Source: Klebsormidium nitens
Lineage: Eukaryota; Plantae; Klebsormidiophyceae
DNA length: 64,000 bases
NCBI GenBank assembly: GCA_000708835.1
Contig: DF237121.1
Span: 1 to 64,000 of the forward strand
Direction: 5' to 3'
Positions 11,701 through 24,429 of this stretch are shown piece by piece. Under the pieces are notes generated by a model, which searched no databases, was not told the DNA's origin, and saw only the letters and a list, made by a program, of their open reading frames with translations. Both the position numbers and the translations under genes were made by a program. How positions within the stretch are numbered: the first letter of the stretch is position 1; every line of letters begins with the position of its first letter.

Positions 11701-13452
11701 AACTTCGAACCTCTTCAAATACTCCTTTACCTTCTTCGTTCCTTTCAAGGATCTGTTGTCTGCTCATGTTGTTTGGTTTTCTGGTCACTCTGATATCCTC
11801 CATAGGCCGCGGGAGTGTGGTGTTGAAAGCCTAGTTTGGACAGCTTAACCATCCGATACGTATGTTGTCGTGGCAAAAGTTCGTTTGCGATGAATGGATA
11901 CCTTACAAGAGTCGGGAAGGGGCGCTTAAACTGATTGGACAGGAAGGAGTCTTATTCCCGCGTTGGACCTCGACAAAGCGAACTCACCGCATACTGTGAA
12001 GAGCTTCAGCGACGCCCCCGCCGTAGCCCCGAGCACTCCGACATTGAACGCCTTTTTGGCTGCCCCTACCGCCAGCTCAGCAAACTGGTTCAGGCCCCCC
12101 TCGCTAAGCGCCTGGCTAACCCCCTGGTTAAGAGCCTGGTTAGCCGCCGGCAGTGAGGCTACAGCCACCTTCCTTTGTCGGCCCTTCCTGCCGAGGGCCC
12201 GCGGGTGTTCCAGGAAAACGGGGTTAGCTAACCGAGAAGAGCGGGACCGCTGACTAACAATGTGTACAGGGCCGGCTACAGACCCGAGGCTGCCTAACTG
12301 CCTAAAGCTATTTACTGCTGCGCTGGAAGGGGATCCTAAACCCTGTAAAGACAGGTCACTAAAGACGGCAAAAGAACTCGTGGATCCCCAGGGGCGGCTC
12401 TCCAGCGCAGTCTGCAATGGGAAGCTTCGTGATGGGGCGCCAGCTGGCATCTGCTTTCCAAGGAAAGTGTCAACTTCTCGCCGTGACTGAGCATTTTGTC
12501 TGCTTTGAAGGGGCAATGGATTCTCAGGCCCCCAGCTGGGTTGGTAAGCGAGAGCCAGAAGAGGCGCCTCGGCTCCACTTGTCGACTTCTGGTGAAGCAT
12601 GGCCGGCTGAAGGTGGGATTCAAGGTCCAGCTCATTTGATAGCAGCAGCAGCTCAGGAAATGCAGACGAATGCAGCCCATCTTCGCAGCCTGAGTCAGTG
12701 CTGAAGCCAGCCGCTCTGGTGCCTGCGGTCCTCTTCACTGACAGCTCAGAGCTATCGTTGCGCGGCGCCCCCAGATTGCCAACCCAATTGTGGCCACTGG
12801 TTGCCGAATCCTGTACTGCAGGAGCTGATGCTCCAATTGGATTATCGGAGAACTCCCATTCTCTCTGCTCAACGGCATCAACACTTGGCTCTAGCAATTC
12901 GCTACTTCTATGCTCAACAAAGACAGTTCCGGAAGGCAGATCTCTGCCGTTGAACAAAGGGAGGTCTCTGAGATCTTCTGCTAATGCAGGACCGGGGAGG
13001 AGGATTGCCGCAGCTACGACAAAAGAGCAGAACGCTTGCCGAACAAATTCTAGCGGCCCTGGTGGCATCCGAAGACCAACCGGTCTGTTTAAAACCCTGC
13101 TTGATGACAGGCGGATAGATTGAACTTCCCGGCTTGCCTTGGTTGCGGCACCTTGACCCTTCCATCCTTTGCTCCGTGGTGAATTGCCAGCTGAGTTGTG
13201 AGTCTGATCCAATTTACGGAGCTTGGACAGATCTGGCCCCCCCAGCACACAGATCCTCACAGCAGAGCGATTGGAGAAGCACCTTGCAGTTTGGATTCTT
13301 TTGCTGCATGCAACCCCAGCATTCCTGGAAGCATCTCCTGAAAGAGGGGCTGATGCGGTGATCCTTGGAGCAGCTGCAGATGTCTGATAATTGGCAAGTA
13401 CGAATGTTCCTCCAACTGGAGACGAAACCAGATGCGGCGCCACTAACACCAT
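5717..13452 (-). CDS. PILS: PIN-LIKES / auxin efflux carrier (Mem_trans) family transporter, ~956 aa, with long N-terminal extension
   Basis: Ten exons with GT-AG borders and consistent phase: 11988-13452, 11579-11643, 11094-11135, 10293-10479, 9152-9297, 8801-8874, 7451-7760, 6564-6968, 6043-6147, 5717-5788 (2871 nt). Family-type motifs: ASLKLFTVCALVVWM..LPESTPAVLSQVAFRLLIPCFLMSKV, AFGNSLTLPLVFL, MNPPLYGVFLGLIIG, VRLLLLPLV, AMPSAQNLVLLAQL, YALSILPITFW. The family call is from motif recognition, not a database search. Confidence 0.85.
7800..8125 (-). repeat. tandem degenerate copies of the exon-7 splice acceptor plus exon start (PILS intron 6)
   Basis: CCCGCAG|GTGGTCGCCCGC-like unit with acceptors at 7761 (real), 7876 and 8107, plus a deleted copy near 7990. 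Period ~115 bp. Confidence 0.75.
9400..9765 (-). repeat. tandem degenerate copies of the exon-5 acceptor plus exon start (PILS intron 4)
   Basis: TGCAG|CTAGTGTTGCAATCGCGACCGGTCAGCCGGAC-like unit with acceptors at 9298 (real), ~9439, ~9602 and ~9750. Confidence 0.65.
10590..10665 (-). repeat. single degenerate copy of the exon-4 acceptor plus first ~55 nt (PILS intron 3)
   Basis: TTTGCCAG|GTGGCAGTCACCCTGTACAGCGACTTAAGCCCCGC, 168 bp upstream of the real acceptor (10480). Confidence 0.85.
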
Positions 13453-14424
13453 GTCTGGCTGCCAGATTGGACGAGGAATTCACTTGTCGTCAGCATAATC
13501 ATGTGCGAGAGCCCCTCCCTTGACAAATGGGCGAAATCTTCATCCACTTCCTGAGTGGCTAAACAGCGCGGCCAGATAGACTTTGAATTGCAGAGTCCCT
13601 CAGCCTGCATGCTGAATGTGGGCCCTGCATGAATGCTTTGCCGCTGCCAAAGAATGCAAGCTTGCCTGCAATTTGACCCCTGGCCCTGGGCCTGGGCCTG
13701 GGCCTCATGAGTCGTGACGATGAACGCCTCAAGGCTGCATTGTACAGGCTCATTTGAATGGAAAACCTGAGTGAAGCTTCTTGGAGGTCTTATGTTTGCC
13801 GGGATGTGTCAGCGTGTGTGCCGTTCTTCGAAATGAAACACAACCTGTAGTCTGCACCTGGCTCTCGTGTAACCGGATCACACCTGCCGTTTCTTCCATG
13901 CAGCGTAAACCTGCTCGCTTATAATGGATTCACTTTAGAAGGCCTAGGTAAAACGAAAGCCACTGTAGGACACGAAAATGGAGATGAGGCCACAGCTGCC
14001 GTCCGTTTTGATAGGGTTCGCTATCGAACGTGCATGAACCAGTTTTGAAAATGTCACGTGGTTATCCGGTGGAGTCTGCTGTACAGTGACTTAGAAAAGC
14101 TGCAAAATCTACATTTGAGTCCTAGAGAAGGAGTTGCAGGGAACTGGGATTCGGGAACTGCGCTAAGACCTTAGCTGCCAACAGTTGTGCAAATTCACAG
14201 TTGAAGGCTGCTCTCGATAGCTTCAAAGCAAGGAGGAGAGTTGTGTCTTCAAAGGCATTCGACAGGCTGTGGCACAGCTGAATGCGCAAACTTGAGTGAT
14301 TCAATCACATTGCTCAAGGACTACGGAGGAATCTGCTATTTGAACATTTTTGGAAGTACATTCCAGCTTGAGCTGCAGAAGGCTTCACAACAAGAGCAGC
14401 TCTTTTCGGGATTACTTCCATATC

Positions 14425-17400
14425 ATGGCGGCAATTCCTGGTGCTTGGCAGCTTGCACAAGCATTGGGGAGACGGAGTAGTCTGATTCGCCCCAGCTTTT
14501 GTGCAACTTTGCAAAAAGATGCAGAATGCAGGTCCCTGGATGTTGTAGCTACACAATCAGCCACAGCAACTCCCAACTTGACAGCAAGGTAAGACATTGC
14601 AAAATGCATGCACGTACTTTGCACGTTTGACTGATAGATTCATGTACTATAGGCCAAGCGCGAACTCCCATGTGAGAAGTCACTCAATGCATAAGGAACG
14701 GAGTTTATCGCCAACTGAAAATGCAACCTTTCACATGAATCATTGAGCTTGTATTGGAACTCTTCGCTTTCACACAGCAAACAGAGAATGTGAATACACT
14801 GTTTGCCCTCTCCTAACAATTTAGCTGTAAGAGATGTGGCAATCTCTTGATGCCCATTTTCGATGCACGATTCAGCCACTTGCACCAATTGACACAACCA
14901 GCATCAAAGCAGCTACTTGCATTTCAATTCAATATCAACACCTTTCATTATAAACAATCCTCCCAGCAAGACCCTTTGAGAAGAAGGCAGTGCATTGTCA
15001 CATATGACTGTATGTAAAGTCTACATTGAAGGTCAAATTGTTAACAGACCAAATAGTGAAACTTGTACGATGTTGTGTTTTCCTCCACCCTTGCAGTATG
15101 TGGGACTAGTCTTGAAGGACTGCTTCTGTTGACTTCCCTCTGAATCCTCCTCCAGAAGATTGCCGCATACTTCAGTATCTCAGTTGGTGCAGATATTGCA
15201 AGACAAACCTGACAGACAGCAAAAAAGTTGCACAGCTTCTCCAAGTTGTGTGGCACGAGCGTTTTCCAATCATCTGCTTCAAGAAAGTATTGCTCTGCAG
15301 GAACTTCGCAACAGCGCCGCATGCTGACATCCCTATCCCTGCAAAGAAGCCCAAGGATGCCCCTACCGCAAAGATGGCTGACGTCCTCAAGGCAATGCAC
15401 AAGGAAGACAGCAACATCATCAGCTGCAAGCCAGATGACCTTGTCATTGATGCGGTCAGGAAGGTAAGATGCGGTATGTGCACCAATTAACATAAATGTG
15501 CAGCCGTCTGGAGCGAAGTGAAGCCAGGATAGCCATGATGGAGCCCCGAGCCATGTCACTGCGTGACGAACATTACAGCAAGGTTGTAGATGGGGTTTCG
15601 ATAATCACTGGCAAACATTCTGAAGACTTATGTGCAACTATTATCATTAAGCATAGGATGACTGTGATCCTGGGTGCTTCCGAAGACTCCCTGCTGAATT
15701 GTCCTTCTCAGGGGAGAGCGCCTACACCTAGTTCACGTTTTCAATAAGGGCTGCAATCTCCGTCATAGCTGCCAATCTGGCCTAGAATCTGTGGTCCCCT
15801 GACAAGTATCCCATGCCATTCACTTGAAAGAAGGTTCTCTCTTTTGAACGGGCAATCTTGCAAAGAAGAGTACTCAGGGTTATTGATCACTCCCCCATGT
15901 GAAAGTCAGCCCCTTAGCTCACAAACATGCTCTCTTCTTGTCAGATGGTCAATGAGAACATCGGCGCGCTGGTAGTCCTTACCCCCTCTGCCAGATCCGG
16001 AAAGCACTCTACTGTGGCAGGAATTGTTACGGAGAGGGGTAAGTCGTTCTGCAATTTTTAGAGCTTCCTGCATCCATACTTCGGTGGGCCACCAGAGGCT
16101 CGTTCTCCACAACAGCCAAAAGTGTGAAGCGCAGCTGGCCGCCTCATCACAAATCAGGGGGTTGTTTATTATGGACAATATCCTTTGCTGCCTTCGAGGG
16201 AACAAAAAGTCCTTCGTGGTGCTAAACAATTTCTTCTTGCTCACCTCCCTGTGATTGGTTTGTCAAAGAACGCGCTTGGACAGAAGTGAAAGCCACGAAA
16301 ATCAAGAATCGTGAAGACCAGATTCGTGCAGCCACCATAAGATTGCTAGGTCAGACAGCCGAAAGCATCAGTCGCCAATGTCACGAAATCTTGGTTGTGA
16401 TTAGACAGATATTGTAGCCAAGTCTTGCAAGTTCTTTGAGCAGTCCTTTGATTGCTTCTGCCGCAGACTACCTGCGGAAAATCATCCTGCTGGGGAGGTC
16501 GTCAAGGGAGACGCCTGTCCGGGACATCATGACTAAGGAGGTGAGAAATTACCAAGCGAACGAAGCCTGGTTGTGTCCTTTTCACAGGTCCCCTTTGTAC
16601 CCCACAATAGGAGGGCCAAAAGTGTTACTTTTCGCCTGATTTGCGGGGTCGTACTACGTTAAGACGTGGTCAATCCTTGGTCCTTGATGGAGGTGAATTG
16701 ATTGACTAGTCATTGATGAAGTCCGTCATTAGGAGCCACTTTGACAGCCTTGGATAGGCCTTGACATCTCTTTCCGACAACTGTCTGTCTCTGAAAGGAT
16801 GCCTTTAAATCGGCATAAGCCATGAGCATCAGTGCTTTCTGGATGCTGTTTCACGCTCTCAATGTGAGTGGTCCGATTGGACGTCGGTCCGACTTCTCTG
16901 GCAGTCTCGGATGAAAGCCTTTCGTGAAGAACGAAGATTGGAAACAAATTCTGAATGCCCATGGCCGCAGGAGGGAGGCGTTGGGTTCCCCGTCGTGATG
17001 CACGACGGCAGCCTTCATTGCCTTTGAGACAAACCGTGTTTTGCGAGTTTCAGATTCGGAATGCGTGTGCTGCAGGCCGTCTCAGAGACACGGTCCATTT
17101 TTTCCAATTCTCATTCCTGCTTACACAGTCAGACTTTCCGACGACAGAGTGGTCGTTCTTGGCGACTGCAGCTAAAGGGCCCTGTTGTCGTCAGCGACAA
17201 TTTCCTAGACGTTAGTCCTGTTTCTGCGGCTCATTTGGCTTATGCGCCTCCATACCACCGCTTCAGAAGATCTGGCGAAATACGTCGCCGCATGTAAAGT
17301 GGTCCCGCAGTCGTGGGCCCCTTGCATTAGCCTTGTGTGGTCTTCACATCCCGTTCAATGACACGCAACTCGGACAAGCTTCGCTATACTTTTACGACCA

Positions 17401-18089
17401 GTCGGTGAAGCGAACCTATGAATCATATGCTAAACTGGAATCTCAAATAGTGACACTGACCAAATAACTTTGTATCCAGGCAAGTGCCTGGGTCCTCTGC
17501 AAGAATCTGCGCACTTTCCTTGACTTGACCTGGTGCTTTATCAGGAAGCAGAACCTAAGCTCTTCCGTTTCCGGTCTGCAGGAGGACCTGATTGCCGTTC
17601 CGCCGGAATCCAACGTTTATGATGTCATGGAGCTGATGACGGGTAAGAATATCAACATCGTTCCAAGGGCAGGCTCAGGACACTCAGACTTACCAACCAG
17701 ATATCAAGAGTGCCTTCTTTTTCTGAAGCTGTCGGGCAGGGAGACTGTAACATACATGAAAGGTATCAGGCAGATGTCTTGAAAAGGCCTGTCTTTGCAT
17801 GCCGCCAATGATGTCATGCCTCTCAACGGTTAGCAAGGCATCAAGATTGGCACCTTATCCTCGAGCAGCAACTCACAGATCATGAGAGTCAATCGAAAAA
17901 TACACCAGACGGATTTGATCACATCTGATGATGTCTGCAGAGAAGCGCATCCGCCACATGCCGATCGTCGAGGGGCCAGAGAAGCATTTACTAGGGGTCG
18001 TTTCAATCCGGGACATGTTGGATACAATGGTTCAAGAGAAGAAGAAAGAGAAGGCCGAGCTGCAGGATTACATCGGGGGTAGCTATTAG
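14425..18089 (+). CDS. CBSX3: CBS-domain pair protein, CBSX3-like (probably mitochondrial), 234 aa
   Basis: Six exons in phase: 14425-14588, 15301-15463, 15945-16038, 16467-16540, 17582-17642, 17941-18089. Motifs MVNENIGALVV, AGIVTERDYLRKIIL, TPVRDIMT, KRIRHMPIV, LGVVSIRD. The N-terminus is Arg/Ala/Ser-rich, like a presequence. The symbol is a best-resemblance call. Confidence 0.85.
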
Positions 18090-20610
18090 GGGGACCTGCG
18101 TGCACGGTGTGCCCGTTTCATCTGAATGTTGGTGGCTCTTTTGTACAAAGTCTACGCAATCAACGCGAACTTTCTTAAGAAGCTAGAACTGCTCTTGCAA
18201 ACTTGTGTGATGTCAGCAACCGAATTGGGATAAGGCAACTCATACTTTCGAAGTCAAACGTTTTCAGATCTAACTTACAGATTTTATCAATCTTCGTCAA
18301 CGTCTGCGACTCGTCATTTGAAACATTAAGTACATGTTCGATCAGAGATTGGCTTGTTTGATCAGAGATTGGCTTGTGCATCCGACGGTTCTAGTCGCCA
18401 CCGATTCGCTAGCAGACTTGTAGAGTATGTACGTAGTTGCAATCAGGCGGCTAGACTCAGCCTGAGCGGGCTAGCTGTATCCAAGAATCACTTACGGCGC
18501 AGTTTACGCCGGCCATGCAGTAAGCTTAACCAAACAGCAGTCCTGCGGCCTGGCTACAGCTCTACAGAGGCCGGCCGCGGATTGCAAACAGAACCCGGAA
18601 CGGTGCATGCCGCGCGCCATCCAACTGCACTGAATATCGGATAGTTGTCCCTGTATATATACCGTAAATTGTACAGGTGTCATGCGATGGATCGAAACGG
18701 AACACTATGCATGCAACCCGGCCCGCGGGGGGCAGTACAGCACTTCCGAATGATTTATAGGCCGGCATGCGGTCGGGATGATTTCAATGCATGCCGGAGC
18801 GCGGCCGCCTGTAAAATGAAATTGACATGTAGACTCTAAAACGGCGTTGCCTAGGCTATGACTGAACATGGTTGAAAGGACTAAAACTAGCTGCCCGTTC
18901 GGCAGGGGCCACGCGGCCTAGTGACGCCGGCCTGTTCTTTCGTATCTGCTCTAGCTCCTTCTTCTTCTCTCATGGGGATCGCGATCTGCATACTCAGTTT
19001 CATGAATGAACGTGTAGGCATCGCGGTTTGTTTTTTTTCTGGCTCCTAAGCAGATCCGACAATTGGTACAACCGTCGACAGTGCTTTATAGTACAGCTCT
19101 CTCTAGCTACGGTTCAAGTCAGCTTACATGCACAACTTCCAAGTTCGCATCTGGGCCTTCTGCATTCAACGGCGGCCCCGTTGGCTTCGTTAGCATCGTA
19201 TATACAATCTGATTGTGCGTCCAATGAATGTTCTGCTTCGTTGCTGATTGATTGCCCCCAACGCGCTGAAACCTGGAATCAAACGGGTCAGGCGGGAGTC
19301 AGGTATGTGGTTGAAGGACTCATTTGCATTATCGAAACCAATCATCCAAGTTGACACTTTGTTGCAGTGATCACGAGGACGACTGTAGTACAACGTGTGG
19401 CCAGGGCCATTGATGGCACGGCCAGCATGTCATGCGCTGTACTATCTAAATGTGCAAGAAAACGTTGAGATTGTCGTTCTCAATCAAACCTTCAACTCGT
19501 AAGTTGCACGCATCCAAACATGCAACGCGTGAAACTTTTCTAAATACGAGACAAGGTGCGGTAGGCAGGCCTCACCTTTTTGACTTGGCACATTGTTGGA
19601 GAGTAGTATCAGGTCGCGGACCCCGTTAAAGCGCTCCCCTGACGGTAGACTGGAGGACAGGCACCGGTGCTGCAACAACAAATTTTGTGTGGGCATGTTA
19701 CCAACGAATAGGGAGAAAGTCGAAAACACCTGGAAAAAGGGATGAAATGGAGATGAGAGCCAACAGCAGAACACCCACTGCTTGTACCTCTGCAATGCGG
19801 ATTGATTGGAAGCATCTGTTTGAAAGATCCAGATTCGACTCTCTCTATTTCCGTAGCTGTTGTTAGTAGGATGCGGGCCCACACCGGCAAGAGACGGTCA
19901 GCGAGCTACTCAGAAGCATCGATTGAGAAACTCTTTTCGATGTTCGAGGCCCTGAGAAAGGCCACATAGCACGAACACCAACTGAGCAATGCAGCGCTTG
20001 CCAAGATGGCCCTCCTCCAGTTTAGACCTGTACCGCCATATGTGAGGACCAATGGATCTTCACATTTGGCTACTCATGTAGGACGAGGAGACCAGCCAGA
20101 AATCGGCGCCTGACATGGGCTAATGTAGTGAAGGCCATGGCATGCGCGCAGAGTGCATGCGAAACCGTGACAGAGTCTGCAGGTGTCGATATCAAGATAT
20201 TGTGCTTAAAGCTTGATGACTGGAAGATTCCTGATACAGCGGAATAAGAGATGAACAGCCTGTCCAGATGCTTCTACTTCTTTTTCGAAGACAGCACGAA
20301 CTCATGAACAGATCCCTGGCCCGAACCGGCTCGAAGCCGAAGGGCGCTGTGCCTCTATGGTTTGAAACCCCCAATTTGGGGAGACCAAAACACGAGAACT
20401 CCTGATAGAGTGCTCGAGGGTGGTGTGTGGCGCTTTAGCGCCGCGGAAGTGATCCAATCTAATCACCAGAGTTTGTTCAAGAGCCTGCTTAGAAGCACTT
20501 ACACCTATCACCAATCTCTACCAAGTACCCGTCTTTGTATGTGTCTAAAGCCACTGAATCTGCCGGAATCCTGGTCAGAATTGGCTTGAAACCAAAGCGC
20601 GCATGCGATC

Positions 20611-20838
20611 TAAACTGTTCAGCCAGCAACTCTGAAGCAGTTGGTATGTAGCACGTGTTGGGATATAAACTGTTCAGCGCACAACTCTGAAGCAGTTGGT
20701 AATTGGCGTGACTTCTATTAGAAACTGTTCAGCACAACTCTGAAGCAGTTGGTAGTTGGTATCTGGCATGACTTCTATTATAAACTGTTCAGCACAACTC
20801 TGAAGCAGTTGGTAAAATAGCACGTCTTCTATTATATC
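20611..20838. repeat. minisatellite, 4 units of ~55 bp
   Basis: AAACTGTTCAGCACAACTCTGAAGCAGTTGGT recurs four times. The intervening segments are related to each other (ACTTCTATTA). Confidence 0.9.
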
Positions 20839-20840
20839 AA

Positions 20841-20999
20841 AGCCGGAAGGTCATCCACCACCAAATGGACACTTCCCCAGATTGGGGTGCCCGCAGCCAA
20901 GGTCTCTCTTGGGTGACTCGTAATAAGGGTTGGTGCTTGGCTCAGGCCTGCCACCACGGTTGCATTCAACTGACCACCAGGACTGCGACAAGCCTGCTC
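20841..20999. mobile_element. TIR element copy 3 of 4 (5' truncated)
   Basis: AGCCGGAAGGTCATCCACC...GGTGCTTGGCTCAGGCCTGCCACCACGGTTGC...ACCAGGACTGCGACAAGCCTGCTC matches copies 1 and 2. Confidence 0.7.
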
Positions 21000-21445
21000 A
21001 AAACATCTCATTGCTCCTGCCTTCCTCCAAACCTCCCCTGTTTACCATATATTAAACATGTTGTTTGATATGTCTGAACTTACCGGCATTCAGCATATTG
21101 AGCGTATGAGATGGTGGGGACGCCCCTCAGGAAAATCACGGGTGGAGGACGCCGAAGTCACTGATGTCTTTGAATCTGCAACAGAGGGCAAACGTTTTGT
21201 TCAACTACTGCATGCCTCTGAGCAGATACCAGCAAAAAGGGAAAGTTCCTCACCTAAGATCTGCGCTCACTGTTCGGGCAGGACATGTAAAGTGGCGAAG
21301 AGGCTCGGGCCAGAAGTCCTGCGATTGTCGTAGAGGCGGAGGGTAACTTGCGCCAGGAATCATCCACGGGCAGGCTGGAGACTTAGGGCAATTGCATGAA
21401 TACTAAAGGGAGCCAGCAAAGATTCTAGTTTGTTTGTTCAACTTA

Positions 21446-21574
21446 GAGCAGCTTGTAGCAAATCCTGGTCCGAAAAGTCGGCTCGCAGCCGGATGGCCAA
21501 AAGCCTCCAATAAACTCTTCCCCAAGTCGGTGAGCCGCAGCCGACGTCTCTCAATGATTGCTACAAGCCTGCTC
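21446..21574. mobile_element. TIR element copy 4 of 4 (internally deleted)
   Basis: GAGCAGCTTGTAGCAAATCCTGGT ... GATTGCTACAAGCCTGCTC ends retained; the middle is shortened. Confidence 0.65.
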
Positions 21575-24429
21575 AATGCGTCTAGACGTTCCTATCCTGT
21601 TGCTATCCTACTACCTTCTGTCTTTGTTGCCTGCGTAGAATCTTGATCAGAAACCTGCCGCTTTGCTACAGCTAGCGGAGCAGAGGCTTTCAGGGCTTTC
21701 GCCTCTGCTGGCGGCGACCACACTCGCGGTGATGGAGTCTCTACATAGCTTACCTTTACATGTTTGGTCGCCGCGCACATTGCTGCTTGCTGGCTGGCCT
21801 CAGGCCGGATCGTCACTGGTTACGTGACCAGTCCAATCAATAGTGGACACGTGTCACGTACCCGATCAACTCGTTCCGCTGCGCCGTTCCGGGATTCCGG
21901 TTACCGGTCACGATCGCATTTCCTTCGCTGGAGATATGGAGAGGGAATGGTCGGAGGCTACTTCTCTGGCTAGCTTGGCGTCGCTCCTGCTCCTCTTATC
22001 CTCTGACATGGCGCGGGCATGGCGCTGCACGTGGCTGCCCGCTCGACTTGTTTGCAAGTAGGAAGGCTGCATCATGACTCATCTTGATCCAGTGCGTTGG
22101 GCCCGCGAGTGCATCCAGCAGACCGAGTACCAAGCGGCTGCACTGCATACTGGTCTCTTTCTATGCCTGTGAAGATTCCCGCGAAGTTGTGAGGGTGTTT
22201 GACTGGGCACTTTTGGCACAGTCAGATTGAATCTGCCGTCGGAATACGACGGCTTTCGTCACCCCGGCGGGTTTGAGACGAGATTGTGCGTCGAGACTCT
22301 ACCAACAGTTCAGCTTTCGGATTCTGCCAGTTTTTTGTTCATCAGAGTTCCAAGGCGTCAGGAGCGGGACTCCCAATGTGCTTTCGCATTGACTCGGAAT
22401 CTTCAGGGGTGAATTCTCACTTCCGCCGACCTTTTCATCTTCATCTGATTTTCGAACCACAGAGCGCTTCCCACGGGACACGTTGGATTCATTGCATTGT
22501 TCTATCTTTCAATCAGATCCCTTGTTTGGACTACACGGCCAATCACGAGATCGAAACGCAAAACGACAAAAACAACAATCTCATGTCTGCTTCCCTCATG
22601 GGACGCCGGCGCTGAAAGGCACGACCCACTCTCAGTTATCTTCCTTGGGTCCTGCTTCGTGTTCAAGGTTCTTGATTGGTTTGGTTCGCTGCCAACCGAC
22701 TTCCCAAGCTCTTTGTGCCCGGGTCGTGTCCTTCGATCGTCTCGACTCCTAGCCTTCGTCCTGAAAACTTTGAGGCCTTCTGAGTTCCTCTTTGTCTTCG
22801 TCACGTCTCTGGTTTTATTTCTTGAAGAGACTCTTTCCACTCCTGGTGCGTCTCCTTCGCGTCCACTTTCCTTGCTTCGTCTTTGTGCTCCACGATTCTG
22901 GCCCCGGTTGTCTTGCGTTCGTCCCTGATTCTCTTAGTCTCTTCCTTCCTGCTCAATATCCTCCTTTCCGTGCCTGGTAATCCCTCCTTTCTGTCCAAGA
23001 GTTTACTTCGTTCTGGTGATACCCGTTTGGCCCAGTTTCGCTCTGCTGTTGCGCCAATGCTGGAAATCGACTTTGAATATCTACGTTCGTACGCTCCAAG
23101 TTTCCTTCGGTCCCGAACTTTCACCTTTCCTTCCTCCTAGCTGTGATCGTGTCATGGCCATTCTTTTGTACCCCTGTTCCAGCGACCAGCCAGCTAGACT
23201 TGGTAGGTATTAGTAAGTGCAAATTTGCTGCCATTTATCTGGTCGGTAACACCACCACTTAAAGCCCTAAGGTTTGGCAGCAAAGCTTGACCAAATGTAC
23301 AGGCAGCAGCAGCACCCCAGCAAGCCGAGCAACGGGACCTTCTTCTACTACAGCGGCGACGTGCATGGGTCCTGCCCATACCGTATTCCTCTCCCCTTAT
23401 ATGGACTGTATGCTGAGCTCCCCTCTGTGGGAGTGGCTCGCTTATGACCTGCAAAATGTTAGCCGGTCGCTTACGCCCTCGGTTGCGATAGACTCCCATA
23501 TATAACCCGTGATATACGACGTCCGACTTCTGCAAGCAGTACGTGCAGATGCATGCGCGTCAGCATGGAGCCGCTGACGTATCGATTCGGCGCTGACATC
23601 CTCCGGTTGAGGAGCGCTTATACGTAGATGCGTAGCGGCTTGATTTGGCCTTCTAAACTTCAGAGGATTTGGTTGAGGTGCCGGAGTCTTTGAGCGCTCT
23701 GGATGAAAATCCCTTCCAGAGATAGAGGATCCTGTGACACCTTGGCAAGTTAGGAATGTTGAGAATGTAGTTTCTGGCTTATAACGAACTGAATTCTTAG
23801 CCCGATGAAAAGCGAAGAGCCAGGACCGCATCTCGACTCCCCATTCTTCTTTGCTGCACGCCTGTGAGCGGACCCGAAAGGTCTCGTTTGTCGAACTTAG
23901 TCGAACTTGAACCTTCAGATGAACAATTGATCTTTTGCTCTTTTTCCGGCTTGCTCTCGCCCTCAAGAGAACACAGGCGGAAGGCCTGTAAGATTGGAAG
24001 AACAAGCACAGCGTGATATAGAATAGGATCAAATGAAGACTTAAGCTTTCTTTCCAGTTTCCCAGGCTGTGTCCATTCGTACGAGCGAACGTACCCTGTG
24101 TGAATTTTTGCGGTACGTCACACGGCCTCCTCGCGCAAAGTCTAGGCCTTTCTGACTTTTCGAAAAGTCGACTGTTCAATGTTGATTGTTCGAAAGTAAA
24201 CTAGCATAGCCACTCTCTTACAAAAGGGGCCACTCCAATCTTGCGTCCTGTTTGCAGCACATCCAAGATAGGGACATGACATTCAAGGCAACGTCTTTCG
24301 AGCGGAGGATATCTAAAAGCAGAAGTTGAAGATCGTACTAAGCTGCGCCAAATCCGGTCGACCGTCCCTTATTTCTGAGTCGAAGCTGGTTCCTTTCGGC
24401 CTGGGTGATTCGTGGCCTTCGCGAAATTA

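Noticed and set aside
20611-20838. CRISPR-like look (conserved ~32-bp repeat with ~22-bp intervals)
   Set aside because: The intervals are homologous to each other, there are no cas genes, and the context is eukaryotic; it is a minisatellite.
21058-21345. MYND-type zinc finger (KICAHCSGRTCK)
   Set aside because: Only one CxxC is present; the remaining ligands are absent or out of frame.
23368-23405. Minus-strand PYKGRGIRY resembling the ribosomal protein L6 C-terminal motif
   Set aside because: Flanking residues do not match L6, stops follow within a few codons, and the plus strand has the more coding-like frame.
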